Source: Macrostomum lignano (Eukaryota). Taken from it: a stretch of DNA of 64,000 nt. The stretch is taken from contig NIVC01000697.1 of the NCBI GenBank assembly GCA_002269645.1, positions 186,001-250,000 on the forward strand, read 5' to 3'. The notes beneath the pieces were generated by a model. That model saw only the letters and a program-made list of their open reading frames with translations, was not told the origin of the DNA and ran no database searches. Shown here one piece after another: positions 34,301-44,410 of the stretch (the stretch's first letter is position 1; each line of letters opens with the position of its first letter). The translations under genes were made by a program, and so were the position numbers.

Positions 34301-35385
34301 TGACTCGAAAATAATTGTTTCATTCTTTGAAAAATCACACACAAAGCTGAGCCACAAGAGTCGCTGTCGCAGTCGCTGCTGCCACCGCGTCAGAGCAGCT
34401 TCAAATTTCGTCGCACGGCAAGTCTGGGTAGGTGTTCTTATTAGAACATTTTTGCCACTTAAATTCTCTCGAGGCGGCGCCAAGCCCACCTGGCAACAGA
34501 CAGTCCTTGGGCGCTTTGATTTGTCCGCTTTCTCTGGTTTTTGCATTCATTGTCTAGAAATTTTGCATTAAAGTTTGGCTAAAAACTCACTGATTTGAAC
34601 GGAACAGTATAGCGAGATGTGCATGTTTTCGGGTGCAGTACAGTTTTTTTTTCAATATTACAATGCAAGAATTTGATAATATACGTTTTATTAATAGTAA
34701 TTATGTAATTATGTTTATTAACATACTAACTTATTTCCTATTGTGATTATCTATATCGCTTTTGCATGCGTATATTCAGACATGCTCCCGGCTTACCTTT
34801 GCCTTTTAATGGGTTTAATTACGCACTAATTACAGTAATTTTTTTATTAAGTAGTATGTAAGGAACATTGACCCTATTTTGTAGTTTTTTCGCCACAAAT
34901 CAATTTAATTTCTAAATTAAATACGGCTGTGCCGCTTCTTACCTCTCTACTAAAAGTAGACCGTTTTGGTATTTTATTCTGTGCAATTTTTAATAACGCG
35001 CGCGCAAATTAAAATGAAAATTTGCAGCCACCGCCAAACCTGCAGCTCAGGCGCGCAAAAAGATTCGAACCCGTGCCTCCACAATGGAAGCGGCCGACAG
35101 GCCTAGCAGTGAACTGATTGGTTAGTCCTAATCCTGTTATGCCTCTTTGCTCCTGTCGGTTTTGTGTAGCAAGACTTTTATTTTAAGTGTCGCCTTTTAC
35201 CGCCAGATGGCCTCTTAGCCTCGGCTGATATCCAGTCTCCAGTTGATGGCGACTCGGCGGAGAGGCGAAACTCTCATCAGCATCAGCAGATGGAGCTGCG
35301 CGACCTGAATCAGGACAAGGGGCGGCGGGAGCGGCCTGAGCCGCCGCGGCAACAAAGCCCAGAGAGGGAGATTTCTGCAGAGTGA
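19344..35385 (+). CDS. PIP5K1: Phosphatidylinositol-4-phosphate 5-kinase type I, about 524 aa, 11 coding exons
   Basis: Exons 19344-19433, 19950-20080, 22329-22659, 23456-23616, 23698-23854, 24476-24508, 30806-30950, 31899-32022, 32119-32251, 32802-32892 and 35207-35385 total 1575 nt with all phases consistent. Motifs: [64 protein letters not shown], activation loop KKMEH (Glu = type I), [15 protein letters not shown]. The kinase-insert exons (24476, 30806) and the last exon are less certain than the core exons. Confidence 0.93.
19560..19856 (-). mobile_element. tRNA-derived SINE, family 2, copy A
   Basis: Minus-strand head GGGGCCGTAGCCCAGTG...GGCTCGATTCC (A- and B-box-like). The body is shared with 41262-41617. 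Confidence 0.75.
20108..21060. repeat. About 21-bp minisatellite (GGGGCGCCACTGTCTCTTGTT)n, about 45 copies
   Basis: Visible; source of the APLSLVG ORFs. Confidence 0.95.
21970..22280 (-). mobile_element. Full-length tRNA-derived CORE-SINE with an (ATT)n tail
   Basis: Minus strand: A-box TAGCCTAGTGG, B-box GGTTCGATTCTC, then a 63-nt segment (22139-22201) matching the MIR/CORE consensus as I recall it at 44/63 ungapped positions, then a 3' (ATT)n tail. Confidence 0.8.
22745..23360. repeat. Purine-rich degenerate 17-18-bp repeat (AGAGGGGAACAGGGGGC)n
   Basis: Visible; dense G4-G5 runs on the sense strand. Confidence 0.9.
24005..24320. repeat. 33-bp minisatellite, about 9.5 copies
   Basis: 11-aa periodic ORF ([11 protein letters not shown]), intronic. 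Confidence 0.95.
24961..25249 (+). repeat. About 290-bp direct repeat, copy 1 (copy 2 at 30352-30649)
   Basis: Both copies run CATTCGCCGGAGC...CAAAGCTGGTGT, roughly 90% identical with small indels. Confidence 0.85.
25260..25512 (+). pseudogene. Gypsy-like integrase C-terminal relic, left half (interrupted by the LINE)
   Basis: Reads [10 protein letters not shown]...[22 protein letters not shown], an SH3-like H.DQL motif typical of Gypsy integrase tails. With one +1 shift it continues to ...QFTATA and, once the LINE is removed, joins [10 protein letters not shown]...[16 protein letters not shown]. Confidence 0.5.
25513..29842 (+). mobile_element. Non-LTR retrotransposon, I group (Ingi-like), 5'-truncated, with a (CAA)n tail and a 12-bp TSD
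   Basis: TSD ACAGCAACTGCA at 25501-25512 and 29843-29854. Very short 3' UTR after the stop at 29808, then (CAA)n. Domain order PHD-PHD-APE-RT-RNase H-CCHC. Confidence 0.92.
25514..29808 (+). CDS. LINE polyprotein (2 PHD fingers, AP endonuclease, reverse transcriptase, RNase H, CCHC knuckle); no start codon; two +1 frameshifts near 26360 and 27160
   Basis: PHD1 25514-25654 and PHD2 25772-25921 (C4HC3 with W-x-C-x2-C). APE: IIQWNC, LQE, RGGG, GDWNAHH, PDVT, SDHLPI. RT: [28 protein letters not shown]. RNase H: FTDGS, AEL, SDSKS, WTPAH, GNEAAD. C-terminal CPAC..H..C. Confidence 0.88.
29855..30342 (+). mobile_element. Gypsy-like relic, right half: integrase tail, putative PPT and putative LTR (30023 to about 30309/30342)
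   Basis: [16 protein letters not shown] ends at 30004. A purine tract GAAGGCGG is followed by TGAAG...CTTCA (30023-30309). No partner LTR is present in the window. Confidence 0.4.
30352..30649 (+). repeat. About 290-bp direct repeat, copy 2
   Basis: See 24961-25249. Confidence 0.85.
31080..31830. repeat. 29-bp minisatellite (CAGCCACCACTGTCTGAGTACACTACTCA)n, about 26 copies
   Basis: Period 29 (31083, 31112). Confidence 0.95.
33545..34140. repeat. 44-bp minisatellite with a 99-bp composite unit at the left end
   Basis: Period 44 (33841, 33885); the 33-aa periodic ORFs equal 99 bp. Confidence 0.9.
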
Positions 35386-35499
35386 CTGGACAAATGCGAG
35401 TCAGCTGGTGAGTTGCCGATTTCAGCACGTACGGCTTTATTTATTTATAACAGTTTGGAGTTCGAAGTCATAACTGAATCAGTCTGTCAAGGTCAAGGC

Positions 35500-36030
35500 T
35501 AGTGATGCAAACTCAAATAACAGATCTGGTCAAGGTCTCCAAGTGAGTCAAGTTCAACTAACACAAGTTCAAGGTCTCAAGTGATTCAAGGTCAAATAAC
35601 AGATAAGGTCAAGGTCTCAAGTGAGTCAAGGTCAAATAACAGATAAGGTCAAGGTCTCAAGTGAGTCAAGGTCAAATAACATATAAGGTCTAGGTCTCAA
35701 GTGAGTCAAGGTCAAATAACATATAAGGTCTAGGTCTCAAGTGAGTCAAGGTCAAATAACAGATAAGGTCAAGGTCTCAAGTGAGTCAAGGTCAAATAGC
35801 AGATCGTTCCAAGGTCTCAAGTGAGTGAAGGTCAAATAACAGATAAGGTCAAGGTCTCAAGTGAGTCAAGGTCAAATAGCAGATCGTTCCAAGGTCTCAA
35901 GTGAGTGAAGGTCAATTAACATAAGGTCAAGGTCTCAAGTGACTCAATCTCAAATAACATCGGTTCAAGGTCTCAAGTGAGTCAAGGACAATTAACTGAT
36001 CAGGTCAAGGTCAAATGAGTCAAGGTCACG
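35500..36030. repeat. 40-bp minisatellite rich in AGGTCA / TCAAGGTCA
   Basis: Period 40 (35614, 35654, 35694). Confidence 0.93.
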
Positions 36031-36067
36031 GAAATTTTCAAGTTCAATGTTTTTTTTTAGCCAGCAG

Positions 36068-36216
36068 ACAAGCTTTTAGGTGATTTCATCAACTTCAAAG
36101 TCGCAGCATCGACCAATTTCCAGCCTCCGATCTTCATCAAGAAGCCGCCGTTGTGTGACAGGATCAGCGACGCCCGAGTGTTTCTCAGTCTGGCCTGGTG
36201 TCAGCGCCAAAAATAG
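36068..36216 (+). CDS. PIP5K1: Candidate alternative terminal exon of PIP5K1 (x-KLLGDFINFKVAASTNFQPPIFIKKPPLCDRISDARVFLSLAWCQRQK*)
   Basis: Follows T10-AG-CCAG-CAG tandem acceptors. It is open for 48 codons in the phase-1 frame set by both upstream donors (32893, 35408), and about two thirds of codons end in G/C. Confidence 0.5.
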
Positions 36217-36479
36217 AACAAATTTACACTTATACAGTCAATAGTTCGCGTTGATAAGCGCGGATTTTAATTGTTCTGCCAACAACGCGATGCAATTATT
36301 ATTTATTCATTGTTTGTTTGATTATATTTTTTCAGCTTGTATTTGTAACAACGATTCTGTCTTACTGTTAATAACCTGTTAACAAAAACTTTTCCATCCG
36401 GGTTTCAATTAAGTTTTTATTCTTAATTTTTAGTTGGGTTTGATTATATTATAGTAAAGGTCGACGTACTGATTTTAGC

Positions 36480-36925
36480 TCTAGATTAGATATACCCAAT
36501 TGTTAGTTCATAGATCTAGATTAGATATACCTAATTGTTAGTTCATAGATCTAGATTAGATATACCTAATTGTTAGTTCATAGATCTAGATTAGATATAC
36601 CTAATTGTTAGTTCATAGATCTAGATTAGATATACCTAATTGTTAGTTCATAGATCTAGATTAGATATACCTAATTGTTAGTTCATAGATCTAGATTAGA
36701 TATACCTAATTGTTAGTTTACAGATCTAGACTATATATACCTAATTGTTAGTTTACAGATCTTGACTAGATATACCTAATTGTTAGTTTACAGATCTTGA
36801 CTGGATATACCTAATTGGTGTTTTATATATCTAGATTGGATATACATAATTGGTGTTTTATATATCTAGATTGGATATACATAATTGGTGTTTTATATAT
36901 CTAGATTGGATATACATAATTAGTT
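36480..36925. repeat. 35-bp AT-rich minisatellite (CTAGATTAGATATACCTAATTGTTAGTTCATAGAT)n
   Basis: Period 35 (36481, 36516). Confidence 0.93.
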
Positions 36926-37140
36926 GGTTTATTTAGGTATCTGATAGCTATAGATCAACGTATTAGATTAGATAGATCCTGAAGCCTGAACCCTGAACTC
37001 TAGCAGAATATAAAATTAACCTGTCAGTTCCTGTTAAAACCGGCTGCCAAAACCATCCCTCTGTAGTCCTTCTATCCAACGTTTTTTCACTGCACCTGTT
37101 AATCTTTCTCATCTCATTTGAGAGGCAGGGAAAGGCCTAA

Positions 37141-37864
37141 TATAGTATTTGTCATGCTGTCTCAGCCTGGAGACATCCAAACTCAGCCAGCCCATCTCGA
37201 CAGTGCGATTTTTTACGTAAGCCAGTCAAGTTTTACCATAGACATGCTTCTTAAGGCCATGCTATCTCAGCCTGGGACATGCAATCTCAGCCACTTTTCA
37301 GATGCTATGTCAAGCTGTCTGTGGCTTAGTCTGTGATCGAAGCAAATCTCGATCAAGCTGCAGCTAGCTGACCCTGCACTGGTGGAGGAGGAGGCTGGTG
37401 GCCGACCCGATGGGGTCACCTGCGAAGCTTGGCGCCTCATTCTCTTGGAGCGAGTGGGCCGAGTCGCGCTAGATGCTGTGACGCCGCTAAAGGTGGCCAG
37501 ATGGGAGATTCACTGCAATCGGAACTTCCCGCAGTGTATCGCAGAGCAGCCTTTCAACTAGGCTGAGCACTGAGCGTCTTACTGACTTTGTCCGTTGTTG
37601 CGTACCCTTACTGACTTTTCTTGCTGCGTTCATTCATTGCTGTTTTTTGCCATTTCATGTCACGTTACAGAAATGATAGCATTGAGATCTGTTTGCAATT
37701 GAAATCTATATTGGCTGAGATTGCATGTCCCAGGCTGAGATAGCATGGCCTTAAGAAGCATGTCTATGGTAAAAGTCGACTAGCTCGAGCCAAAAAACGC
37801 ATTGCGGAACGGGACTGGCTGAGTTTGGATGTCTCTGGGCTGAGATGGCATGACAAATACTATA
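37141..37864. mobile_element. Non-autonomous DNA transposon with about 155-bp TIRs and TA ends; internal Tc1/IS630-like transposase C-terminal fragment
   Basis: TATAGTATTTGTCATG... (37141) is the reverse complement of ...CATGACAAATACTATA (37864), and the arms pair over about 155 bp. 37352-37561 reads ...DAVTPLKVARWEIHCNRNFPQCIAEQPFN*, like the W..H..R.FP.C motif of IS630/Tc1-type tails. Confidence 0.7.
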
Positions 37865-38329
37865 GTAATTGAAGCAGAATGAAACTTAATCATTAATAAT
37901 AAATTTCATATTTTTCAATAATCCAAATCCGGTAAATTTTGCTTTCAATGCAGGTTGCAGATTGCTTATGTATATATATATATATATATATATAGATTTC
38001 CGCCATATATCGCTGGATTCAAGGTATTTTTTCCTGACTATTCAATTGTTTGTTTCATTTCGCAGCTGCTCTGACGATTAAGTCTAAGAAGCTGATTTAT
38101 AATAATTAATCAATTTGTTTTTTATGGTGGCCAAGAAATCATTGGAGATTAAGTTGCTTCTCAACCTAATTGTACTTCAACTGGCTTCGCCATTAGCAGA
38201 TCTACCGTGTTTTATAAGCAGAATTAATCTGAAAATTGATTGAATCTCGGATTGGATCCTAATGATCCATTGTCTACTGTGAAGATTAGATCGATCAAGC
38301 TATCTATCTAACATTAACATTAAGCCTGT

Positions 38330-39010
38330 CTATCATGGAGATTAGATCAATCTTCTGATTTACCGTGGAGATTAGATCAATGTGCTGATTTACCGTGGAG
38401 ATTAGATCAATCTGCTGATTTACCATGGAGATTAGATTAATCTGCTGATTTACCATGGAGATTAGATCAATCTGCTGATTTACCATGGAGATTAGATTAA
38501 TCTGCTGATTTACCATGGAGATTAGATCAATCTGCTGATTCACCGTGGAGATTAGATCAATCTGCTGATTTACCATGGAGATTAGATCAATCTGCTGATT
38601 TACCATGGAGATTAGATCAATCTGCTGATTTACCATGGAGATTAGATCAATCTGCTGATTCACCGTGGAGATTAGATCAATCTGCTGATTTACCATGGAG
38701 ATTAGATCAATCTGCTGATTTACCATGGAGATTAGATCAATCTGCTGATTCACCGTGGAGATTAGATCAATCTGCTGATTTACCATGGAGATTAGATCAA
38801 TCTGCTGATTTACCATGGAGATTAGATCAATCTGCTGATTCACCGTGGAGATTAGATCAATCTGCTGATTTACCATGGAGATTAGATCAATCTGCTGATT
38901 TACCATGGAGATTAGATCAATCTGCTGATTTACCATGGAGATTAGATCAATCTGCTGATTTACCATGGAGATTAGATCAATCTGCTGATTTACCGTGGAG
39001 ATTAGATCAT
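38330..39010. repeat. 30-bp minisatellite, about 23 copies
   Basis: 10-aa periodic ORF (MVNQQIDLIS). Confidence 0.95.
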
Positions 39011-40019
39011 TTTCAGATCTAGTAAATGAATCTATTGAATAGTAAGCCAATAACTAATTGGATTGTTCGCGCTATACGGAACAAGTTTTTGTTATTATTA
39101 TTAAACAGGAAATTCGCATTCCTAATTTTGTTTTCTATCTGTTTTGCTGCACTTAATTATACGGCAGTTTATTCAGGTGGCCTAAACGAAGTTCAGAAAT
39201 TTGTCAGAAGCCTATGTGCTTTTAAACTACTAGTTTCAAATCAGTAGTATCGTCTTTGAAAGTTACAGTATTCCTGCACAGATGGCAGTTATTGTGGCGT
39301 TATTGTCTCTTAATAGTTTATCCAATATTAACCACTACTTTGCAGAAAATAGTAGCCATTTTCTTTACATGCTACTGAAAAAAAATGTAGAGCTGGGAAA
39401 TAGTGGGATATTTATTTATAGAAATCCACTCGGTTTCTGTCAGGAATGGCCCAGGCAACAGGGGGTTGAGCTTGTTAGTTAATTAATTTCAAAGTTCGCC
39501 ATCAATTTCGGCCACAATTAGTCACGAATTTCTGGTCCGCTCTTGCAAATCACGATTTTGCTTATACTTTTGTAGTACCTAAATTTGATTGCACTGCGCC
39601 AGCGCTGTGTACAAGGCCGTAACTAGTCCATTCCAGATGTGTTCTATCATTTTTTGTTCAATTGTTCAACATCGATAAATTGAAGTGTAACACGAAAGCA
39701 ATGAAAAAGTATTTTTTGGATGTAAATATTGTTGCCGTTTTTAATTAATATTATTATTTATGCACTAGCGGTAACTTTCAAGAAATCAGGTTCAGCTCTG
39801 TGAAAAATAAATATTAATAAATTTGTATTGACCTGTTTTAATAATTAAATCCTTCTGATCTTTATCTACTGTCGGTTTTTTTCAAGACTTGAGATTTTCG
39901 GTTTACTACTTCATGGCATGACATTCTTGATGACCCCCTGGAAGCTTATAAATCCTCTATCTGTCACATTCTAAGGCCTGTGAGATTTCAAGGCATTAGA
40001 TTCACTGCCTTTAATGATA

Positions 40020-40620
40020 TTTCCTGGTATATGTGATTCGTGAAATGAGATTCTTCGGTCTTGATTAGATTTCGTGAGATAAAGTTCTTCGGTCTCGATG
40101 AAATTTCGGGAGATGAGATTCTTCGGTTTTGGTGAGATTTCATGAGACGAGATTCTTCGGTTTTGGTGAGATTTCGTGAGACGATATTCTTCGGTTTTGG
40201 TGAGATTTCGTGAGATAAGATTCTTCGGTCTTGTTGAGATTTCGTGAGATAAGATTCTTCGGTCTTGATGAGATTTCGTGAGACGAGATTCTTCGGTCTT
40301 GGTGAGATTTCGTGAGATGAGATTCTTCGGTCTTGGTGAGATTTCGTTAGATAAGATTCTTCGGTCTCGATGAAATTTCGTGAGATAAGATTCTTCGGTC
40401 TTGGTGAGATTTCGTGAGATAAGATTCTTCGGTCTTGGTGAGATTTCGTTAGATAAGATTCTTCGGTCTCGATGAAATTTCGTGAGATAAGATTCTTCGG
40501 TCTTGGTGAGATTTCGTGAGATAAGATTCTTCGGTGTTGGTGAGATTTTTTGAGATAAGATTCTTCGGTCTTGGTGAGATTTTGTGAGATGAGATTCCTC
40601 GGTCTCGATGAGATTTCGTG
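40020..40620. repeat. 34-bp minisatellite (GAGATTTCGTGAGATAAGATTCTTCGGTCTTGGT)n
   Basis: Period 34. Confidence 0.93.
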
Positions 40621-41261
40621 GTATTAGATCCTTTGAAGGCTATTGCTGTGCCACTGCGTGGGCGGTTCGTCAGAGCTTCAGAACTTGAGGAGCTTAGCGC
40701 GATATTCCCATGGTAGACTTTGTACTCAGTAAGTCCTACGGCTTCTTTTTGCAACAACATACGCTCCTATGATTGCTGGAGTTTATCCCGAGTAATAGGG
40801 CACGGACAGTTCTATGGGTCACTGGTCGGATCCGGCAGCAGCCCCGACAGTTCAATCAGCCTTGCGTCAAGGATGTCACGGAAGTGTTAGCTGTTCTTCG
40901 TTAAGTCCATATATGCATTTATCGTGCCTACTGCGGAATCGCCTAATGGCAACTGTTGCTCAATCGTCTTTCAGCGCCTGTTGCTTCACTACACAACGGG
41001 CCGCGGGACAGATACATGTAAATCCGAAGTTTGCTTGAAAATAGTGAAGTACATTTGTACTTATAAAGCTACACAATTTCTTTTTCCCGGAACGAGGGGA
41101 GTAAGAAAAATAAAGTACCACCGATTCGGGGGAAACGGGCATTAGGAAGTTGTGTTTTTTTAGATTATGTCAATTGATGGATTGATAAAGTGACAAAGGA
41201 ACAAATTTTGGATAGAACAGTGGACTTACTAGTGAATTATTATTGTCTCTTGCTGTTTATT

Positions 41262-41617
41262 ATTTATTAGAGGCAGGGGGGTTGTGTGCACCCTGGCGCA
41301 CTTTAAGCGACATAGGCACACAACCGGCGAGAGGCATTACTGCCCATTCCGCCGACTCCCCTGAGCAGGCATACAAGCGCGCGGATACGTACGCAGGCAC
41401 ACACTCACACAGGAGTATACAGCGGCCCTAGCTTTATTTATCGTTAGGCATGTACACTTCACTGCGCCTTGGGGGGTTGGCTCTCAAGGCCGTTAATTAC
41501 ACGAGCAGAGCCAAGCCGAGATTCCAATTCAGCCCTAAATTAATGTGACTGCACTTGGAATCGAGCCTGGGTCGCTGGCACACCAGAGCAGCTGCGCTAC
41601 CGCTGGGCTACGGCTCC
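41262..41617 (-). mobile_element. tRNA-derived SINE, family 2, copy B, with an A-rich tail
   Basis: Head GGAGCCGTAGCCCAGCGG...GGCTCGATTCC; body shared with 19560-19856. Confidence 0.75.
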
Positions 41618-41648
41618 CTTGTCTCTTGCAGAGGGTTGAGATTCTTAT

Positions 41649-41866
41649 CTACCGACAGTCTCGTACCAACGGTTTAAGGTTCTCTACCGACAGTCTCCTA
41701 CCAACGGTTTAAGGTTCTCTACCGACAGTCTCCTACCAACGGTTTAAGGTTCTCTACCGACAGTCTCCTACCAACGGTTTAAGGTTCTCTACCGACAGTC
41801 CCCTACCAACGGTTTAAGGTTCTCTACCGGCAGTCTCCTACCAACGGTTTAAGGTTCTCTACCAAC
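41649..41866. repeat. 35-bp minisatellite, about 6 copies
   Basis: Period 35 (41649, 41684). Confidence 0.9.
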
Positions 41867-42875
41867 AGTCTTGTATGGTCTCGTATGCTCTAAATCTACA
41901 GCATAATCTTATTTGGCGCTTACAGTACCTCTTATGAGCTTTGGTTTCTGAGTTTTTTGGTGGTAAAAATGTTCCGAAAGCGAGGGTCAGCCATGCAAAA
42001 AAGTTTTGCGTTAAAATTTTTCGAATTTCTTAATTGAAACGTTTTTTCCTTTTTTCGTGTGACAGCTGCGCACTTTAACAAACATAACCGGGCATCTGGG
42101 CAGACGCGACAGGCAAGAGGAGAACTAGCTCCCGTTTATTGTCACAATTCTTTCGAATTCTCGCCCACCGAAAAAGGGACGAAAAGCCAACTAACTGGCT
42201 GGCTGACATTGAGCGGGTGATTGAGAGTCTTCGAGCGACAGAAAATGCCGCCGCGCCTTTGACAAACGCAAACCCGGATAGCCCACTGTGCCACTGAGCC
42301 GCGCCTGCGTTTGGATAAGCGAAAGCAGCTGTTCCGCTTAGCGCAGGATTTTGGGAAGAAGATTCTCTTCAGACTGAAAGGGTGGACTGCCGGTCTACGG
42401 TTTCGGGTTCGGTCAGATCCAGAGATTTCGCGGCCCCGAACGGAGTAGGGAAGATGTGGGCCGATCGCCTTGTTGTCGGGGCGCAGGATGAGGCTGGAAT
42501 TCTGGAACCCCATCACCCCCCTCCCTCCGCGCGCTCGCGTCAGGTCGCCAGCTGACGGCCGGCCGCGCCGCTGATGCAGCTGCAAATTTTGACAGGCGCG
42601 GGTGGCCACCTACGCTATACGCTAACGCTAAGTTGTTGTTTCGCTGGCTGCAGGCGCACACTTGTCTTGCCGGACTATCTCTAACTTGCCATCAGTGCTG
42701 CTTGGCAGCTGGCCCACAATCCCTATTGGTTGAGAGCGCCTTCGGCTAGTCTTAGCATCTTCTAAAACTGTAGCTGGCGATAGTTCTAGCAGGCTTGTCG
42801 CGCTGATATCCGAGTTGCCTTTCTCTTGCCTGTCTCGTGTGAGCAATTGGGACAGAGCTACAACTGGTAACCGGC

Positions 42876-43024
42876 ATGCACAGCCTCATCAAGGAGGCCG
42901 TGCGATCGCAGCAGCGCGGAGGCGGAGACGACTCCTGCTGCGGCGACGACTCCTGCGAATCCGGCTCGGCTGGGACGCTGGGCGCGGCGGCTGCTTCTAA
43001 TAATGGCAGGAATCTATTTGAGGA
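42876..43024 (+). CDS. Candidate first coding exon of an unidentified gene (MHSLIKEAVRSQQRGGGDDSCCGDDSCESGSAGTLGAAAASNNGRNLFE)
   Basis: ATG after an in-frame upstream stop (42840), GC-rich codons, and a consensus phase-2 donor GA|GTGAGT. Preceded by about 0.8 kb of GC-rich UTR-like sequence. No recognisable domain. Confidence 0.45.
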
Positions 43025-43324
43025 GTGAGTCGGTTTTATCTGGTTGCTAGGGCTGTGGCATTGCCTTTCCATAGACAGGCTTACGTGTGCTTAGAGATTT
43101 CACTTGCCGGAAATTTTGTGTTCAAAGGGCGAGTTGAGTCTGCACTTATAAACCTCACATCGGCTTCAGAAGTTCTCATCAAAATTTTAAAAGGAAAACC
43201 TAAAGCACCCATGATGCAAGTTTCAATTATAAAAAATATTATGATTTCTTGGAACTTAATTATTCACACTTCTTTGTATCTAAAAATACACTTTTTTAAA
43301 CCCTGCATTTCAGTTACACCCTCC

Positions 43325-43672
43325 CTCGGATCCTTTAGTGAGTCGCCGCTACCCTCCCTCAGGTCCTTTAGCGAGCCGCCGCTACCCTCCCTCAGGTCCT
43401 TTAGCGAGCCGCCGCTACCCTCCCTCAGGTCCTTTAGCGAGCCGCCGCTACCCTCCCTCAGGTCCTTTAGCGAGCCGCCGCTACCCTCCCTCAGGTCCTT
43501 TAGCGAGCCGCCGCTACCCTCCCTCAGGTCCTTTAGCGAGCCGCCGCTACCCTCCCTCAGGTCCTTTAGCGAGCCGCCGCTACCCTCCCTCAGGTCCTTT
43601 AGCGAGCCGCCGCTACCCTCCCTCAGGTCCTTTAGCGAGCCGCCGCTACCCTCCCTCAGGTCCTTTAGCCTT
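43325..43672. repeat. 33-bp minisatellite, about 10 copies
   Basis: 11-aa periodic ORF (SEPPLPSLRSF). Confidence 0.95.
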
Positions 43673-44254
43673 ACCCTTACCACATTCAAACAGATTATAC
43701 GGCGTAATTCATATAAAACGATTGACTATAAGTATGCTCTGGTCAGCTGACTTTCAACTCTGTCTAATCTAAATTTTATTACATGTATGCAAATTACGAT
43801 ACCGAAACACCGCATTGGTCCCAAAATTACGCCGAAATGTCACAAAAATCTTTTTTTAAGGCTGTTTCCAGGACGCAGGTAACAGTGCAGTACTGTTTTA
43901 TTGTTTATGTCTAGGTTGTAAACCTTAAGCCGCAGTACTAATAGATCCCGGTGTGTTACATTAAGATTTCGAGCCGAGAGTGTATCTATCCAGTTTCCCA
44001 ATTCCCATATTGTTGCTATCTGCATGCTAATCATGGCTAGAGAGGACCAAACATCGATATTAAATCTGCATTGATGGCACAGTCTGGACTGTGCTGTATT
44101 GAATTTAGGCGTTGTACCCTCATGTAGGCGTCCTACTGTGTTGTTTCTCCTGTGCATGAGTTGTCCCGAAAGTTCCCGTTTAGCTTTCAGTAGCCATTTT
44201 GTTGTCGCTATAGATGTCACTCTGATGCTTCCATATTGATAAGCCACTGGTTCC

Positions 44255-44410
44255 TGACTGTTGGCTGTCACAGTTCAACTGTCAGCGACTGTTGGCTGTC
44301 ACAATTCGACTGTCAGCGACTGTTGGCTGTCACAGTTCAACTGTCAGCTGTCACAATTCGACTGTCAGCGACTGTTGGCTGTCACAATTCGACTGTCAGC
44401 GAATGTTGAC
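44255..44410. repeat. About 31-bp tandem repeat, about 5 copies
   Basis: CTGTTGGCTGTCACAATTCGACTGTCAGCGA repeated. Confidence 0.85.

Noticed and set aside
42142-43072. Minus-strand ORFs in the GC-rich 42-43 kb block
   Set aside because: They are out-of-register, Arg/Pro-rich translations. The + strand Met-to-GTGAGT exon explains the region better.
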